Positions 58,001 through 63,915 of a DNA stretch of 64,000 bases are shown here, in pieces. How positions within the stretch are numbered: position 1 is the first letter of the stretch; each line of letters opens with the position of its first letter. The notes under the pieces were generated by a model, which made no database searches, was not told where the DNA came from, and saw nothing but the letters and a program-made list of their open reading frames with translations. A program made the position numbers and the translations under genes. The DNA comes from Antedon mediterranea. Lineage: Eukaryota > Animalia > Echinodermata. The stretch is from the NCBI RefSeq assembly GCF_964355755.1, contig NC_092680.1, forward strand, positions 9,238,001 through 9,302,000, read 5' to 3'.

Positions 58001-61000
58001 AGACAGCAACTACATACCCGTACCCTATGATATGACAACGAAATAGCTATGTCAAATGTATTTTCAGGTTCAGATTTTAAGGAACAGTAAAGTTGGCGTC
58101 AGTGATACGATATTTTCATAAATTAAATCAATTAATCAGATAATTGTCCGTGTAACAATTACGTTTTAAATTATTTTGAATTAAAATGCAATTCTACAAG
58201 AAGCAAGAACAAATCAGTATATTTGAAGGCAAACATTATTGTATAAAAAAAACAAAAACAATGTAAACGATGTTAACTTTCATGCATTGTCATGAATGTA
58301 TACATATTGACCTGATCAGAATGTTTTAAACGCAAGGCATTGGAATGTTGGTCGTTGTGTCTAAATACCTGGGCTTTTAATGCCACGGATTACCGTACGC
58401 CTTGCGTAGATAACTCCATTGTAACTCCGTGAGTCTGAACATACCCTAAGTGCATGTAAGTTAAAGTTCAATACCATATTAAATAGAAGAGTGAATTAAT
58501 CAAATATAAAACAATTATTTTTTATTTGCTTAATCTTGACCCTGGATAATAAATAGACAAACAAATAAGCTTAACAATAGAAAGAAAGAAAAAACAAACA
58601 TTAACACAAAATAAGAGAAAATTCTACTCTGTTTGTTATGACAACCAACATCTTATCTTAAATTCTACTCTGTTTGTTATCACAACCAACATCTTATCTT
58701 AAATTCTACTCTGTTTGTTATCACAACCAACATCTTATCTTAAATTCTACTCTGTTTGTTATCACAACCAACATCTTATCTTAAATTCTACTCTGTTATC
58801 ATGTTATCACAACCAACATCTTATCTTAAATTCTACTCTGTTTGTTATCACAACCAACATCTTATCTTAAATTCTACTCTGTTTGTTATCACAACCAACA
58901 TCTTATCTTAAATTCTACTCTGTTATCATGTTATCACAACCAACATCTTATCTTAAATTCTACTCTGTTATCATGTTATCACAACCAACATCTTATCTTA
59001 AATTCTACTCTGTTATCATGTTATCACAACCAACATCTTATCTTAAATTCTACTCTGTTATCATGTTATCACAACCAACATCTTATCTTAAATTCTACTC
59101 TGTTTGTTATCACAACCAACATCTTATCTTAAATTCTACTCTGTTATCATGTTATCACAACCAACATCTTATCTTAAATTAGATTAATTAAAAGCAATGT
59201 TTTATGAAACCTTCTTTTTTATATTAACAAACATGTTAAATGTAAAACTAACCTGCCCTGATGCTGTGAGGGCCAGTGAGGATTGGCTACCACAGCTAAC
59301 TTTGCGTATGAACATTCCAAGCAATGCTTCAATCACCTTGGGTTTGTACACTCTAATGGTATCACCATGTCCAAGCTTACCTGAAATGATTGCAATCAGT
59401 ATATTTGTAATACAAGAATTTCAGTGAAAATACCGGGTTTCCCCCAATTTGTGTTACGGATTCTGGCAAAAACAGAAGACAATTAATGCAGTAACTAGAC
59501 GTCAGACTAGGCCTATAGCTAGCGTACGATGTTTGTACGTTTCAGACTGTTGTTTACCAGTTAGGCCTACAAAACTAAGCCTATCTAGGCTGGCCTAAAG
59601 ACGAGAGAACATTCACCGCGACCTACTTAGGTAGTGCATTGTTTCTCTCTTTTTATCATAAATTACCATAAAACGTATCTAAGACAAGGAAAAACCTGGT
59701 TTAATGTTTTTAAAGTAATATGCATTATTTTTTTAAAACGTCAAAATTGTAGCGAATGGGTCTTTAATTAATTATTGAATTGGTCAAACATGTAGGGTCA
59801 GCATACAATTGATATGCTTTTTACAAGAAATAAATAAAAGCATTTTTCACCTATTTAAAATGTGATTCCAAAATTTCTCTTGTTATAGTTTTATGTTCTT
59901 ACCATTATCACCACCACCAAATGACCACACAGTTCGGCCATCTTGAGAGACCGCTATTGTGTGAGAACTCCCACACAGAACTTGACCAACACTACTGATG
60001 TCTTTGACCAGAGTCGGACAGTTCTTACTGTTACTATCACCATGACCTATACAAACAGAAATCAAAATTTGGTTATTTTAAGATCGTAATACTTTACACA
60101 AAAATCCTGATTACAGGATAGAAAAATCCAGGATTTGAACCTACAACCCTGGGATTGTTAAGCAAGCATGTTAACCATCAGTGCAGGGTTCTAAGCTAGT
60201 AATTGTTTTCTTACCTAATCTTCCATAATCTCCTTCACCCCATGTATACAACTGACCATCATGTGTAATACAGGCACTATGGCGGTACCCAGCGGATATC
60301 CCTACAACAACCTTGCCAGTTAAAACACCTTGGATCATCTTTGGATATTTCTGAGTAGCTGTGTTACTATGGCCTAGCTTTCCATAGTCACCATCCCCCC
60401 AACTAAAAACTTGTCCTTCTGTGGTTAGGGCAAGGGTGTGTCCATCTGAACCCTGTAAGACATAAACAATATATTTGAATGATAACAATTACATTTCAAC
60501 AACATCTTATATACATTATTATGCAATCACAAATAGTTTAATTTCTAAGCATAATTGCTTCAAAAAGAAATTTGGATATTAATAGGCCTGTCAGACTGCT
60601 TGTATGCTCACGTGCAGTCAACTATATAAATATTTATTGCATGTTAGATATTTTCATAGTTGATATTAAATTGAATTGATCACTTTATTTCAGAACAAAT
60701 ATTCCATATTTATACAACAAAAATTAATACAAAACAGAAAATCACACTAAAATAGGATTATTTCCTACTTTATAGTGAAGACATTTGAAAATCGCAACAG
60801 ATAGTTTGTAGTACACTTAACAAGTGTTCACAACTCTTAATATAAAATCATAGATATTGAATAATTAAAATGTAAAAATTGATTTATTATAAGTTAATCA
60901 AAAAATTAAATATATATCATATTTCAAGGAAACCTTTTTTTTCATGCATGCATTGTCTAGTTTATGGAACAATAAATTTGATTGATTTATCGATGTCAGC

Positions 61001-63915
61001 ATATTATGTTAGTGCCCTCTAAATAATTGGCTTCCAATTTTTACCAGCAAAAATATACTATTGACTTGCTAACGTAGTTGAAATATAGATGGCCGTGAAG
61101 ATGGCATGAATTTTAACAATACATTACCTTTGAAGATGAGACTTTAGTTATCATATAGTTTTCAAAATTAAGTTTCTTAAGTTGTGTTTGGTTGTTTGAA
61201 TCTCCTAGGCCTAGTCTACCATAACTGCCTTTCCCACATGCTTTCACAGTCCCATCACTATTTGTCACAAATGTGCAATACTGGCCAGCTTCAACCTGAA
61301 AAAGTCAAGTTTCATTTAAAGTGGTGTCAAGGGTAGAGATGTGTAAAGGGTGGGGAGGCTTGTCAGTAAGTGGTGTCAAGGGTAGAGATGTGTAAAGGGT
61401 GGGGAGGCTTGTCAGTAAGTGGTGTCAAGGGTAGAGATGTGTAAAGGGTGGAGAGGCTTGTCAGTAAGTGGTGTCAAGGGTAGAGGTGTGTAAAAGGTGT
61501 CAAGGGTAGAGGTGTGTAAAGGGTGGAGAGGCTTGTCAGTAGGTGGTGTCAAGGGTAGAGGTGTGTAAAGGGTGGGAGGGTAGAGGTGTGTAAAGGGTGT
61601 CAAGGGTAGAGGGGTGACAAGGGTGTCAAGGGTAGAGGGGTGACAAGGGTGACAAGGGTGACAAGGGTGTCAAGGGTAGAGGTTTGTAAAGGGTGGGAGG
61701 GTAGAGGTGTGTAAAGGGTTGGAGGTTAGAGGTGTGTAAAGGGTGAGAGGGTAGAGGTGTGTAAAGGGTGAGAGGGTAGAGGTGTGTAAAGGGTGGGAGG
61801 GTAGAGGTGTGTGAAGGGTGGGAGGGTAGAGGTGTGTAAAGGGAGGGTGGGTAGAGGTGTATATTTTAAATGGATGTAAAGAAACATTATACATGTTTTT
61901 TTTTAGTCAGCTTATCCACGTACTATTTCCAATATGCTATGCGCAAGATCATCATGGCGAGTAATTACCTGTTGTGGATTGGCAAACGAGGGTGCTAATT
62001 TAGGCTGAAGGATCTTCTCTTGACTTCCTTCGGCTAGTTGGTGACTACTATTACTTCCCCACACATATACCTCTGTAGTTTCTGGTAAGATCACGTTGCT
62101 AGTTTTCTCTTCAGGACAAGTGCAGGTCCTAGCATATTCTGACCCAAGGCGAGTGATCTTTAAAAAAAAAAAAAATTAATATTAAGTATGAAGGTCAGAT
62201 TATCTAAACAATGATCCATGTCTATCATAGCTTTTGACAGACAGCTCAATGCAAATGTGCCTAAATGTTCTTTTATCCAGATTCCTAATTGCGGTGTATG
62301 TATATTGCTCGTGTGCACTTTAAAGAACCTAGTACATCTTTCGAGACGAGTAGGGGGTTAACCCGGTGTACTAGTTGTGTCGTGGACAGACGTAATGGCG
62401 CTGTAATTGGCTGCCGATGACACGATGAGAAGAATGTTGTTGAAAAGGTGTAACATCTAAGTCCACAGCGCTCTGATCTTCATGAAATAGTGCTATATAA
62501 ATGTCGCAAATTACTATACATTAATTTTACAATAGAATCCGTATCAAAGGGCATCCATATTAGTAACAACCTTAAATAAATAATAAAAATATGTATGTAA
62601 TGTAGTAATGAATTTTAATTTGTATTAATTGCACACTTACTTCTTCCAACAGGTATAATGCAGCTTTATATAATGGACACTGTCCAGTATCTTCTAAACC
62701 ACTTGTTCCTCTGTCAGTCAAACAACCCTAAAATGAATAACAAGACGTATTACGCACATTTTAGTATTAAACCTAATTGAAGAAAAATTAAAAAAATATT
62801 AAACAAATATTAATAATTAAACAGTGAAAGTAAAGATTATTATTTAATATCAAAAATTTTAATTAAATATTTTCCCCTCTAAAATAGTGTGTAATTCTGA
62901 GTAGCAATCGAAAACACAATAATTTTATGTCAGTTAAAAAGCTTTTTAAAATCTAATATTTATGCACTAGACTTACCACAGCTTTTCGCATCTGACAAAT
63001 AACACTTAGATAAAATTCATATGAAATACATCCTGGTTTATAGCACGTAGAAGATCCATCAGTGGTGGTTGTAGTCGCAGTTGAAGCATTTAAAGCCATC
63101 TCAATCCAATCCAAAAGAAACTGTAAAGATCCACGTTGTACTGCCAAACCAAGTATCAACTCCGACGCCAACTGTTGCCCTTCAAGATCGGCTCCACAAC
63201 TGGGAACAGTTGTCGATTTCAAAAACCCTGTTACTTGTTTCAAACACTCAATGCCCAAGTTTGGAATTTTGCTTTCGTTGGCAAGTGAGAGAGGGGGCAG
63301 AGTAGCGACAACATCAATAGCAGTTCTAAGGACATCGTTACATAAATTTACTTGAGGTTGACTCTGTTGCAGTGGCTGCTGTTGAAACCAGTTCTGTCTA
63401 AGAAGAGCAAAGAGTAAACTTAGACCTGTGCGTACTCCCATTTCGACAAGAGCGTCTGTTCCAAAATTAACCTTTTGTAGGCAAGATTTATCATCTACTT
63501 TGTTTGATTGCGACTGCTGTAGCTTCTGTTCTTGTTTAACTTTTTCCTTATCATGAAATTTACTTGATATAGCGTAAAATACTCGTTGAAGGATGACAAG
63601 GCGCTTCTGAAGTCCCGAAGCGAAGGGAGAATCACTGCACACATTTCTCGCTAAACTTTGTTGATTATTTAAAAGTGCTTTTAGATAATGTTCCTGTTCT
63701 TCAAGGGATGGTGTCTCTCTTTCAAAATCTGGAAGATGTGGTCCTTGTAGGTGAACGCCTTGCCGTGGAAGACTTGATATTTCTTTATTTGTTTCCAGTC
63801 TTTCATAAAGTTTCTGGACACCATCTCGGCATGTGATCTCTCTCCAGTCTTCCATAATCCAGGAGGAATTAAGATGCTCCAACCATTTCAATTTCACAGG
63901 CATTGTTCCTGCCAT
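3819..63915 (-). CDS. HERC1: HERC1-like giant HECT E3 ubiquitin ligase, whole multi-exon gene (~70 coding exons, ~4850 aa)
   Basis: N-terminus [14 protein letters not shown]...[22 protein letters not shown] matches HERC1 as I recall it. Domain order is RCC1 repeats, SPRY, UBA, WD40, second RCC1 domain, HECT ending [11 protein letters not shown]. Exons have GT-AG boundaries with compatible phases. Confidence 0.97.
4254..4425 (-). CDS. HERC1: HERC1 exon 69 (HECT)
   Basis: [28 protein letters not shown]. Confidence 0.94.
4570..4703 (-). CDS. HERC1: HERC1 exon 68 (HECT)
   Basis: [18 protein letters not shown]. Confidence 0.92.
4909..5061 (-). CDS. HERC1: HERC1 exon 67 (HECT)
   Basis: [13 protein letters not shown]. 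Confidence 0.92.
5172..5252 (-). CDS. HERC1: HERC1 exon 66 (HECT)
   Basis: [15 protein letters not shown]. Confidence 0.88.
5360..6175 (+). mobile_element. Internally deleted, degenerate Ty3/Gypsy element with 3' LTR
   Basis: RT start [17 protein letters not shown]...RPCGDY...PDMYPVSHI fused to integrase tail PLQSPYNG...[12 protein letters not shown]; PPT AGAGGGGAG then TGT at 5951; LTR end approximate. Confidence 0.82.
6259..6430 (-). CDS. HERC1: HERC1 exon 65 (HECT)
   Basis: [24 protein letters not shown]. Confidence 0.94.
6757..6999 (-). CDS. HERC1: HERC1 exon 64 (HECT start)
   Basis: [26 protein letters not shown]. Confidence 0.94.
7155..7324 (-). CDS. HERC1: HERC1 exon 63
   Basis: [25 protein letters not shown]. 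Confidence 0.92.
7472..7614 (-). CDS. HERC1: HERC1 exon 62
   Basis: [21 protein letters not shown]. Confidence 0.92.
7910..7997 (-). CDS. HERC1: HERC1 exon 61
   Basis: [12 protein letters not shown]. Confidence 0.9.
8282..8526 (-). CDS. HERC1: HERC1 exon 60 (RCC1 repeat)
   Basis: [10 protein letters not shown]...[12 protein letters not shown]. Confidence 0.93.
8763..8865 (-). CDS. HERC1: HERC1 exon 59 (RCC1 repeat)
   Basis: [14 protein letters not shown]. Confidence 0.9.
9108..9230 (-). CDS. HERC1: HERC1 exon 58 (RCC1 repeat)
   Basis: CGLNHT...[15 protein letters not shown]. Confidence 0.93.
9347..9502 (-). CDS. HERC1: HERC1 exon 57 (RCC1 repeat)
   Basis: CGFKHS...[17 protein letters not shown]. 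Confidence 0.93.
9548..10907 (-). mobile_element. Non-autonomous Helitron
   Basis: Minus strand starts A|TCTATATATA and ends with a GC-rich GCGAAGC hairpin then CTAG|T; no TSD. Confidence 0.78.
11029..11400. mobile_element. Degenerate MITE
   Basis: Inverted GTTTATACAACAC / GTGTTGTATAAAC near the ends. Confidence 0.5.
11512..12282. mobile_element. Tc1/mariner-type MITE
   Basis: TIR CCGTAAATCTTCTAAT / ATTAGAAGATTTACGG, TA on both sides, subterminal GGGTTACTATTAG repeats. Confidence 0.85.
12326..12507 (-). CDS. HERC1: HERC1 exon 56 (RCC1 repeat)
   Basis: [28 protein letters not shown]. Confidence 0.94.
12717..13006 (+). mobile_element. tRNA-derived SINE (Deu/Nin-domain-like)
   Basis: A/B-box head, CTCTCCACCCAGGTGTATAAATGGG core, GCGCTATATAAAT tail ending in (ATT)n. 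Confidence 0.8.
13009..13147 (-). CDS. HERC1: HERC1 exon 55 (RCC1 repeat)
   Basis: CGQNCTFVI...[15 protein letters not shown]. Confidence 0.93.
13362..13528 (-). mobile_element. tRNA-derived SINE 5' part (Meta-domain-like)
   Basis: Minus strand has GTGGCCGAGCGGTTAAG, GGTTCGAG, CGGATAAGGACTATAAACCG and TTAAAGAACC. Confidence 0.72.
13672..13797 (-). CDS. HERC1: HERC1 exon 54 (RLD2 start)
   Basis: [21 protein letters not shown]. Confidence 0.93.
14054..14413 (-). CDS. HERC1: HERC1 exon 53
   Basis: [14 protein letters not shown]...[14 protein letters not shown]. Confidence 0.92.
14565..14837 (-). CDS. HERC1: HERC1 exon 52
   Basis: TGAVLQ...[10 protein letters not shown]...LQEQYNYEK. Confidence 0.9.
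15061..15355. mobile_element. MITE with TTAA-type flanks (Kolobok/piggyBac-like)
   Basis: TIR AGATGTATTGTC / GACAATACATCT, flanks TTGA and TTAA; a related end lies at ~835-853. Confidence 0.65.
15589..15747 (-). CDS. HERC1: HERC1 exon 51 (WD40)
   Basis: [12 protein letters not shown]...VIIWSLQ. Confidence 0.88.
16018..16120 (-). CDS. HERC1: HERC1 exon 50 (WD40)
   Basis: [13 protein letters not shown]. Confidence 0.85.
16178..17181. mobile_element. MITE with TA flanks
   Basis: TIR GGTTATATGCATT / AATGCATATAACC plus inner inverted TGTCAGAATCTTT; the left ~120 bp recur at 55844-55965. Confidence 0.75.
17258..17460 (-). CDS. HERC1: HERC1 exon 49 (WD40)
   Basis: [16 protein letters not shown]...DTVKIW. 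Confidence 0.88.
17612..17742 (-). CDS. HERC1: HERC1 exon 48 (WD40)
   Basis: [16 protein letters not shown]. Confidence 0.88.
18025..18228 (-). CDS. HERC1: HERC1 exon 47 (WD40)
   Basis: VTAVTWP...LLVGRLDGS. Confidence 0.88.
18749..18960 (-). CDS. HERC1: HERC1 exon 46 (WD40)
   Basis: GYDGTVRLW. Confidence 0.9.
19213..19510 (-). CDS. HERC1: HERC1 exon 45 (WD40 start)
   Basis: [18 protein letters not shown]...[11 protein letters not shown]. Confidence 0.92.
19677..19854 (-). CDS. HERC1: HERC1 exon 44
   Basis: [16 protein letters not shown]. Confidence 0.9.
20173..20443 (-). CDS. HERC1: HERC1 exon 43
   Basis: [20 protein letters not shown]. Confidence 0.92.
20729..20894 (-). CDS. HERC1: HERC1 exon 42
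   Basis: SLGEQVAVL...[15 protein letters not shown]. Confidence 0.88.
21032..21220 (-). CDS. HERC1: HERC1 exon 41
   Basis: [13 protein letters not shown]. Confidence 0.88.
21376..21670 (-). CDS. HERC1: HERC1 exon 40 (Cys/His-rich motif)
   Basis: CELCG...HMKIHHAGC...[20 protein letters not shown]. Confidence 0.92.
21873..22033 (-). CDS. HERC1: HERC1 exon 39
   Basis: Acidic [14 protein letters not shown]; phase 1-0. Confidence 0.75.
22380..22507 (-). CDS. HERC1: HERC1 exon 38 (variable)
   Basis: Open, phase 2-1, AG/GTGAGT. Confidence 0.7.
22620..23730 (+). mobile_element. Degenerate L1/Tx1-like LINE fragment
   Basis: Broken frames give LSPYL, KGI...[18 protein letters not shown] and C-terminal [11 protein letters not shown]...CSFC...HMF. 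Confidence 0.75.
23760..24420. repeat. Three diverged ~165-bp units with AAGGTCAAAGG motifs; probable non-autonomous element
   Basis: Recurring GAGATATGGCAAT, GGTCAAAGG and TTCTGAACA-TTTGACACCAA. Confidence 0.6.
24732..24948 (-). CDS. HERC1: HERC1 exon 37 (UBA end)
   Basis: [13 protein letters not shown]. Confidence 0.88.
24992..25080. repeat. 23-bp tandem repeat, ~4 copies
   Basis: Unit GAGACATAATACATTGTAATTAT. Confidence 0.85.
25110..25277 (-). CDS. HERC1: HERC1 exon 36 (UBA)
   Basis: [15 protein letters not shown]. Confidence 0.88.
25562..25828 (-). CDS. HERC1: HERC1 exon 35 (S/P-rich)
   Basis: Open phase 1-1 exon, [14 protein letters not shown]. Confidence 0.75.
26039..27219 (-). CDS. 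HERC1: HERC1 exon 34 (1.18 kb)
   Basis: DTPIS...[12 protein letters not shown]...[13 protein letters not shown]. Confidence 0.9.
28534..28720 (-). CDS. HERC1: HERC1 exon 33
   Basis: [21 protein letters not shown]. Confidence 0.92.
28992..29454 (-). CDS. HERC1: HERC1 exon 32 (SPRY end)
   Basis: [34 protein letters not shown]. Confidence 0.92.
29517..30497. repeat. 44-bp minisatellite, ~22 copies
   Basis: Unit GACTCTGCCATATGACAATCAGTGTGCATGTTAATGTGTTAAAT. Confidence 0.95.
30669..30908 (-). CDS. HERC1: HERC1 exon 31 (SPRY)
   Basis: [14 protein letters not shown]...[17 protein letters not shown]. Confidence 0.94.
31058..31351 (-). CDS. HERC1: HERC1 exon 30 (SPRY start)
   Basis: FDTEKAVCC...[23 protein letters not shown]. 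Confidence 0.93.
31535..31638 (-). CDS. HERC1: HERC1 exon 29
   Basis: [14 protein letters not shown]. Confidence 0.88.
32206..32373 (-). CDS. HERC1: HERC1 exon 28
   Basis: [15 protein letters not shown]. Confidence 0.88.
32440..33473. repeat. 55/62-bp minisatellite (~17 units) inside a TA-flanked MITE
   Basis: Ends TA|CAGTAGAAGCCC and GGGATTCTACTG|TA; units share CAAATGAAGGGCAATATATGTTAACACTACAGCTAACCACT. Confidence 0.9.
33719..33888 (-). CDS. HERC1: HERC1 exon 27
   Basis: [18 protein letters not shown]; phase 2-1. Confidence 0.8.
34087..34321 (-). CDS. HERC1: HERC1 exon 26
   Basis: [23 protein letters not shown]. Confidence 0.88.
34590..34710 (-). CDS. HERC1: HERC1 exon 25
   Basis: [25 protein letters not shown]; alternative donor giving start 34596. 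Confidence 0.85.
35223..35441 (-). CDS. HERC1: HERC1 exon 24
   Basis: IRLDSLHQI...[13 protein letters not shown]. Confidence 0.88.
35655..35791 (-). CDS. HERC1: HERC1 exon 23
   Basis: [17 protein letters not shown]. Confidence 0.88.
36109..36214 (-). CDS. HERC1: HERC1 exon 22 (variable linker)
   Basis: Open, AG/GT bounded, phase-compatible. Confidence 0.6.
36383..36465 (-). CDS. HERC1: HERC1 exon 21 (variable linker)
   Basis: Open, AG/GT bounded, phase-compatible; SLSDSELE. Confidence 0.65.
36683..37024. mobile_element. MITE-like inverted repeat
   Basis: ~32-bp inverted AAAATTGACCAATTATAACAA / TTGTTATAATTGGTCAATTTT. Confidence 0.6.
37151..37402 (-). CDS. HERC1: HERC1 exon 20
   Basis: [15 protein letters not shown]. 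Confidence 0.85.
37571..37785 (-). CDS. HERC1: HERC1 exon 19 (donor ambiguous, 37571 or 37616)
   Basis: [16 protein letters not shown]; two in-phase donors. Confidence 0.8.
38203..38320 (-). CDS. HERC1: HERC1 exon 18
   Basis: [28 protein letters not shown]. Confidence 0.88.
38471..38644 (-). CDS. HERC1: HERC1 exon 17
   Basis: [10 protein letters not shown]; phase 1-1. Confidence 0.85.
39023..39232 (-). CDS. HERC1: HERC1 exon 16
   Basis: [24 protein letters not shown]. Confidence 0.92.
39362..39692 (-). CDS. HERC1: HERC1 exon 15
   Basis: [20 protein letters not shown]. Confidence 0.9.
39852..40004 (-). CDS. HERC1: HERC1 exon 14
   Basis: [13 protein letters not shown]...[16 protein letters not shown]. 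Confidence 0.9.
40128..40328 (-). CDS. HERC1: HERC1 exon 13
   Basis: [22 protein letters not shown]. Confidence 0.92.
42303..42428 (-). CDS. HERC1: HERC1 exon 12
   Basis: [22 protein letters not shown]. Confidence 0.92.
42657..42822 (-). CDS. HERC1: HERC1 exon 11
   Basis: [13 protein letters not shown]...[14 protein letters not shown]. Confidence 0.92.
42914..43048 (-). CDS. HERC1: HERC1 exon 10
   Basis: [18 protein letters not shown]; phase 2 matches exon 9 across the 13.5-kb intron. Confidence 0.92.
43117..43188 (+). repeat. DIRS left ITR
   Basis: GTACGAGAGAGAGTACCGCGCATGCGTATGCCAGT is the reverse complement of the stretch from 55728; the first 45 nt are complementary to ICR 55527-55571. 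Confidence 0.92.
43362..44558 (+). CDS. DIRS ORF1, Gag-like protein (398 aa)
   Basis: First ORF after the left ITR, intronless; P-x-N...VPKVN-x-x-IW...D-x-x-ALLG...RR...LFG pattern of DIRS Gag; three 24-bp repeats (TPASQEAY). Confidence 0.85.
   Translation: MENSDYISTTPRSSEGFPAGALPAVVGDEETDPPLSPTAKGSSLVNVLAAMQRSMTETNTLLGELSRAKPIQLSSNEAINTPASQEAYTLASQEAYTPASQEASNTAHAAHTSNDNSNNHPISEDEALSIFGGDEFEEAEEVEEENVDSILNLIDTSLCVDNTAGPDISEKIAKIINAKFESALSLDKRKAIIERYKIPGNLKEVYVPKVNDQIWNGLKSFNKQRDLRVAALQDSVVKATSAIAICIEDMLKAKESKKAPDYKLTATRLFDSVALLGFVNKELSYKRRDTLRPLLSTDLKNACLRTNKPERMLFGNDLKQVMTDSKLEGRIMKNQGQVGRYAPYTTQRRPFLPQRGYNPQTYRQNYQQHQVNPHASGQRGQSGQYQGKRGRMFKNYRR
44582..46051 (+). CDS. DIRS pol 5' part: reverse transcriptase + RNase H (interrupted)
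   Basis: [53 protein letters not shown]; frame open from ~44333 with no early ATG. Confidence 0.94.
46052..46534 (+). repeat. BEL 5' LTR (lacks first 9 nt)
   Basis: Appears identical to 53335-53817; identical 114-aa spurious translations in the ORF track. Confidence 0.92.
46566..53114 (+). CDS. BEL/Pao Gag-Pol polyprotein with one in-frame TGA at 52812-52814
   Basis: KFDGNP gag (DUF1759-like), three Cys/His knuckles, LDSQS protease, YVDD RT, FSDAS RNase H, HHCC and D,D,E integrase (VDLFGP, SDQGTNF, WERQI); the same frame continues RRWRRVQ...FWHRW...RPIHKL after the stop. Confidence 0.93.
53326..53817 (+). repeat. BEL 3' LTR
   Basis: Starts TGTTACTGC directly after the polypurine tract; ATTAAA ~45 nt before its end. 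Confidence 0.92.
53815..54294 (+). CDS. DIRS pol 3' part: phage Dam-like N6-adenine methyltransferase domain
   Basis: EWML...IDLFASRLN...DAF-x-x-SW...YCFPPF...[12 protein letters not shown]; rejoins in frame to ...ESR at 46051. Confidence 0.88.
   Translation, partial: KQNIDTEWMLNSKTLCEVLTKLNVLPTIDLFASRLNKQFDKYISYRQDPYATDIDAFTISWQNILFYCFPPFNCVLRVIQKIIQDKAQGILVVPDWPSQSWYPMLLGILEEATQIQPAPDLLLMPAQPGLIHPLHKKLRLLICHVSGEAYYQRDLPQAQ
54033..55229 (+). CDS. DIRS tyrosine recombinase (YR), intact
   Basis: SINTARS N-terminal domain; catalytic residues SGQR, LKHTR, HSTR, AGW, FQKYY; overlaps the MT ORF; first ATG at 54240. Confidence 0.94.
   Translation: MCSQGYTENNTRQGAGNSSSTRLAIPIVVPHAAGDTRGSNTNSTGTRPSVDASTTGIDSSSTQETTTAHMSCIRRSLLSKGFTSGTIEIILASWRAGTKVQYQTMANRWFEFCERKNCDIISPHVTLPLEFLSDMFNSGLSYSSINTARSMLSSLFAVGQEYASFGQLPIVKRFMKGIFELRQSLPRYSYTWNVNVALDYIRGQPSIKESSLKEISQRLAFLLCLLSGQRCQTILNLSIANMEKSDHKIVFYVTEKLKHTRVGSHQKPLEFNAFPSDKKLCIVSLLTEYLSRTSVFRQDKAQLLLSYISPHKPISKDTVSHWVKKFMCNAGIDTVQYKPHSTRSASASHLLNKNVDLNNIMKSAGWAKEETFQKYYNRIAPPTFNYGTAVLESCSSEK
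55527..55654 (+). repeat. DIRS internal complementary region (ICR)
   Basis: 55527-55571 = revcomp of 43117-43161; 55569-55654 = exact revcomp of 55758-55843; the halves overlap at AAT. Confidence 0.94.
55728..55843 (+). repeat. DIRS right ITR with 3' extension
   Basis: Inverted copy of the left ITR plus a ~47-nt extension matched only by the ICR. Confidence 0.92.
55844..55965 (+). mobile_element. Partial copy of the 16178 MITE, interrupted at its end by the DIRS
   Basis: ATATGCATTGATTTAAATAAAGATAATTG...GTCAGAATCTTTAATT...GAAAGATAGGA...GCAAATACAA aligns with 16182-16302. Confidence 0.8.
56611..56782 (-). CDS. HERC1: HERC1 exon 9 (RLD1 end)
   Basis: [16 protein letters not shown]...[11 protein letters not shown]. 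Confidence 0.92.
57061..57205 (-). CDS. HERC1: HERC1 exon 8 (RCC1 repeat)
   Basis: [13 protein letters not shown]...[10 protein letters not shown]. Confidence 0.92.
57340..57480 (+). repeat. Dispersed repeat, second copy at ~28330-28465
   Basis: Shared TAGATGG-TGGAAATGGTACTCT-GCAC-TAAAATTCATG. Confidence 0.6.
57791..58446. mobile_element. PIF/Harbinger-type MITE
   Basis: ~50-bp TIR beginning GGGTATGTTCAGACTC, TAA on both sides. Confidence 0.85.
58618..59180. repeat. 41/45-bp minisatellite, ~13 copies
   Basis: Unit ATTCTACTCTGTT(ATCA)TGTTATCACAACCAACATCTTATCTTAA. Confidence 0.93.
59253..59380 (-). CDS. HERC1: HERC1 exon 7 (RCC1 repeat)
   Basis: [19 protein letters not shown]...[10 protein letters not shown]. 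Confidence 0.92.
59903..60046 (-). CDS. HERC1: HERC1 exon 6 (RCC1 repeat)
   Basis: [25 protein letters not shown]. Confidence 0.92.
60215..60452 (-). CDS. HERC1: HERC1 exon 5 (RCC1 repeats)
   Basis: GSDGHTLAL...[11 protein letters not shown]. Confidence 0.93.
61128..61295 (-). CDS. HERC1: HERC1 exon 4 (RCC1 repeat)
   Basis: VEAGQYCTF...[11 protein letters not shown]. Confidence 0.92.
61319..61861. repeat. G-rich compound tandem repeat
   Basis: GGGTAGAGGTGTGTAAAGGGTGGGA variants. Confidence 0.9.
61969..62157 (-). CDS. HERC1: HERC1 exon 3 (RLD1 start)
   Basis: [13 protein letters not shown]. Confidence 0.92.
62310..62510 (+). mobile_element. SINE 3' part, same family as 13362-13528
   Basis: GTGCACTTTAAAGAACCTAGTACAT matches the 13360-13383 revcomp; AGCGC...GCTATATAAAT tail. 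Confidence 0.65.
62641..62727 (-). CDS. HERC1: HERC1 coding exon 2
   Basis: GCLTDRG...[14 protein letters not shown] bounded. Confidence 0.85.
62977..63915 (-). CDS. HERC1: HERC1 first coding exon
   Basis: [19 protein letters not shown]; donor GTAAGT at 62976; acceptor near 63935 implies an upstream non-coding exon. Confidence 0.95.

Noticed and set aside
58842-59182. Repetitive ORFs (also 2299-2578 and 61412-61894)
   Set aside because: They arise from stop-free tandem repeat units.
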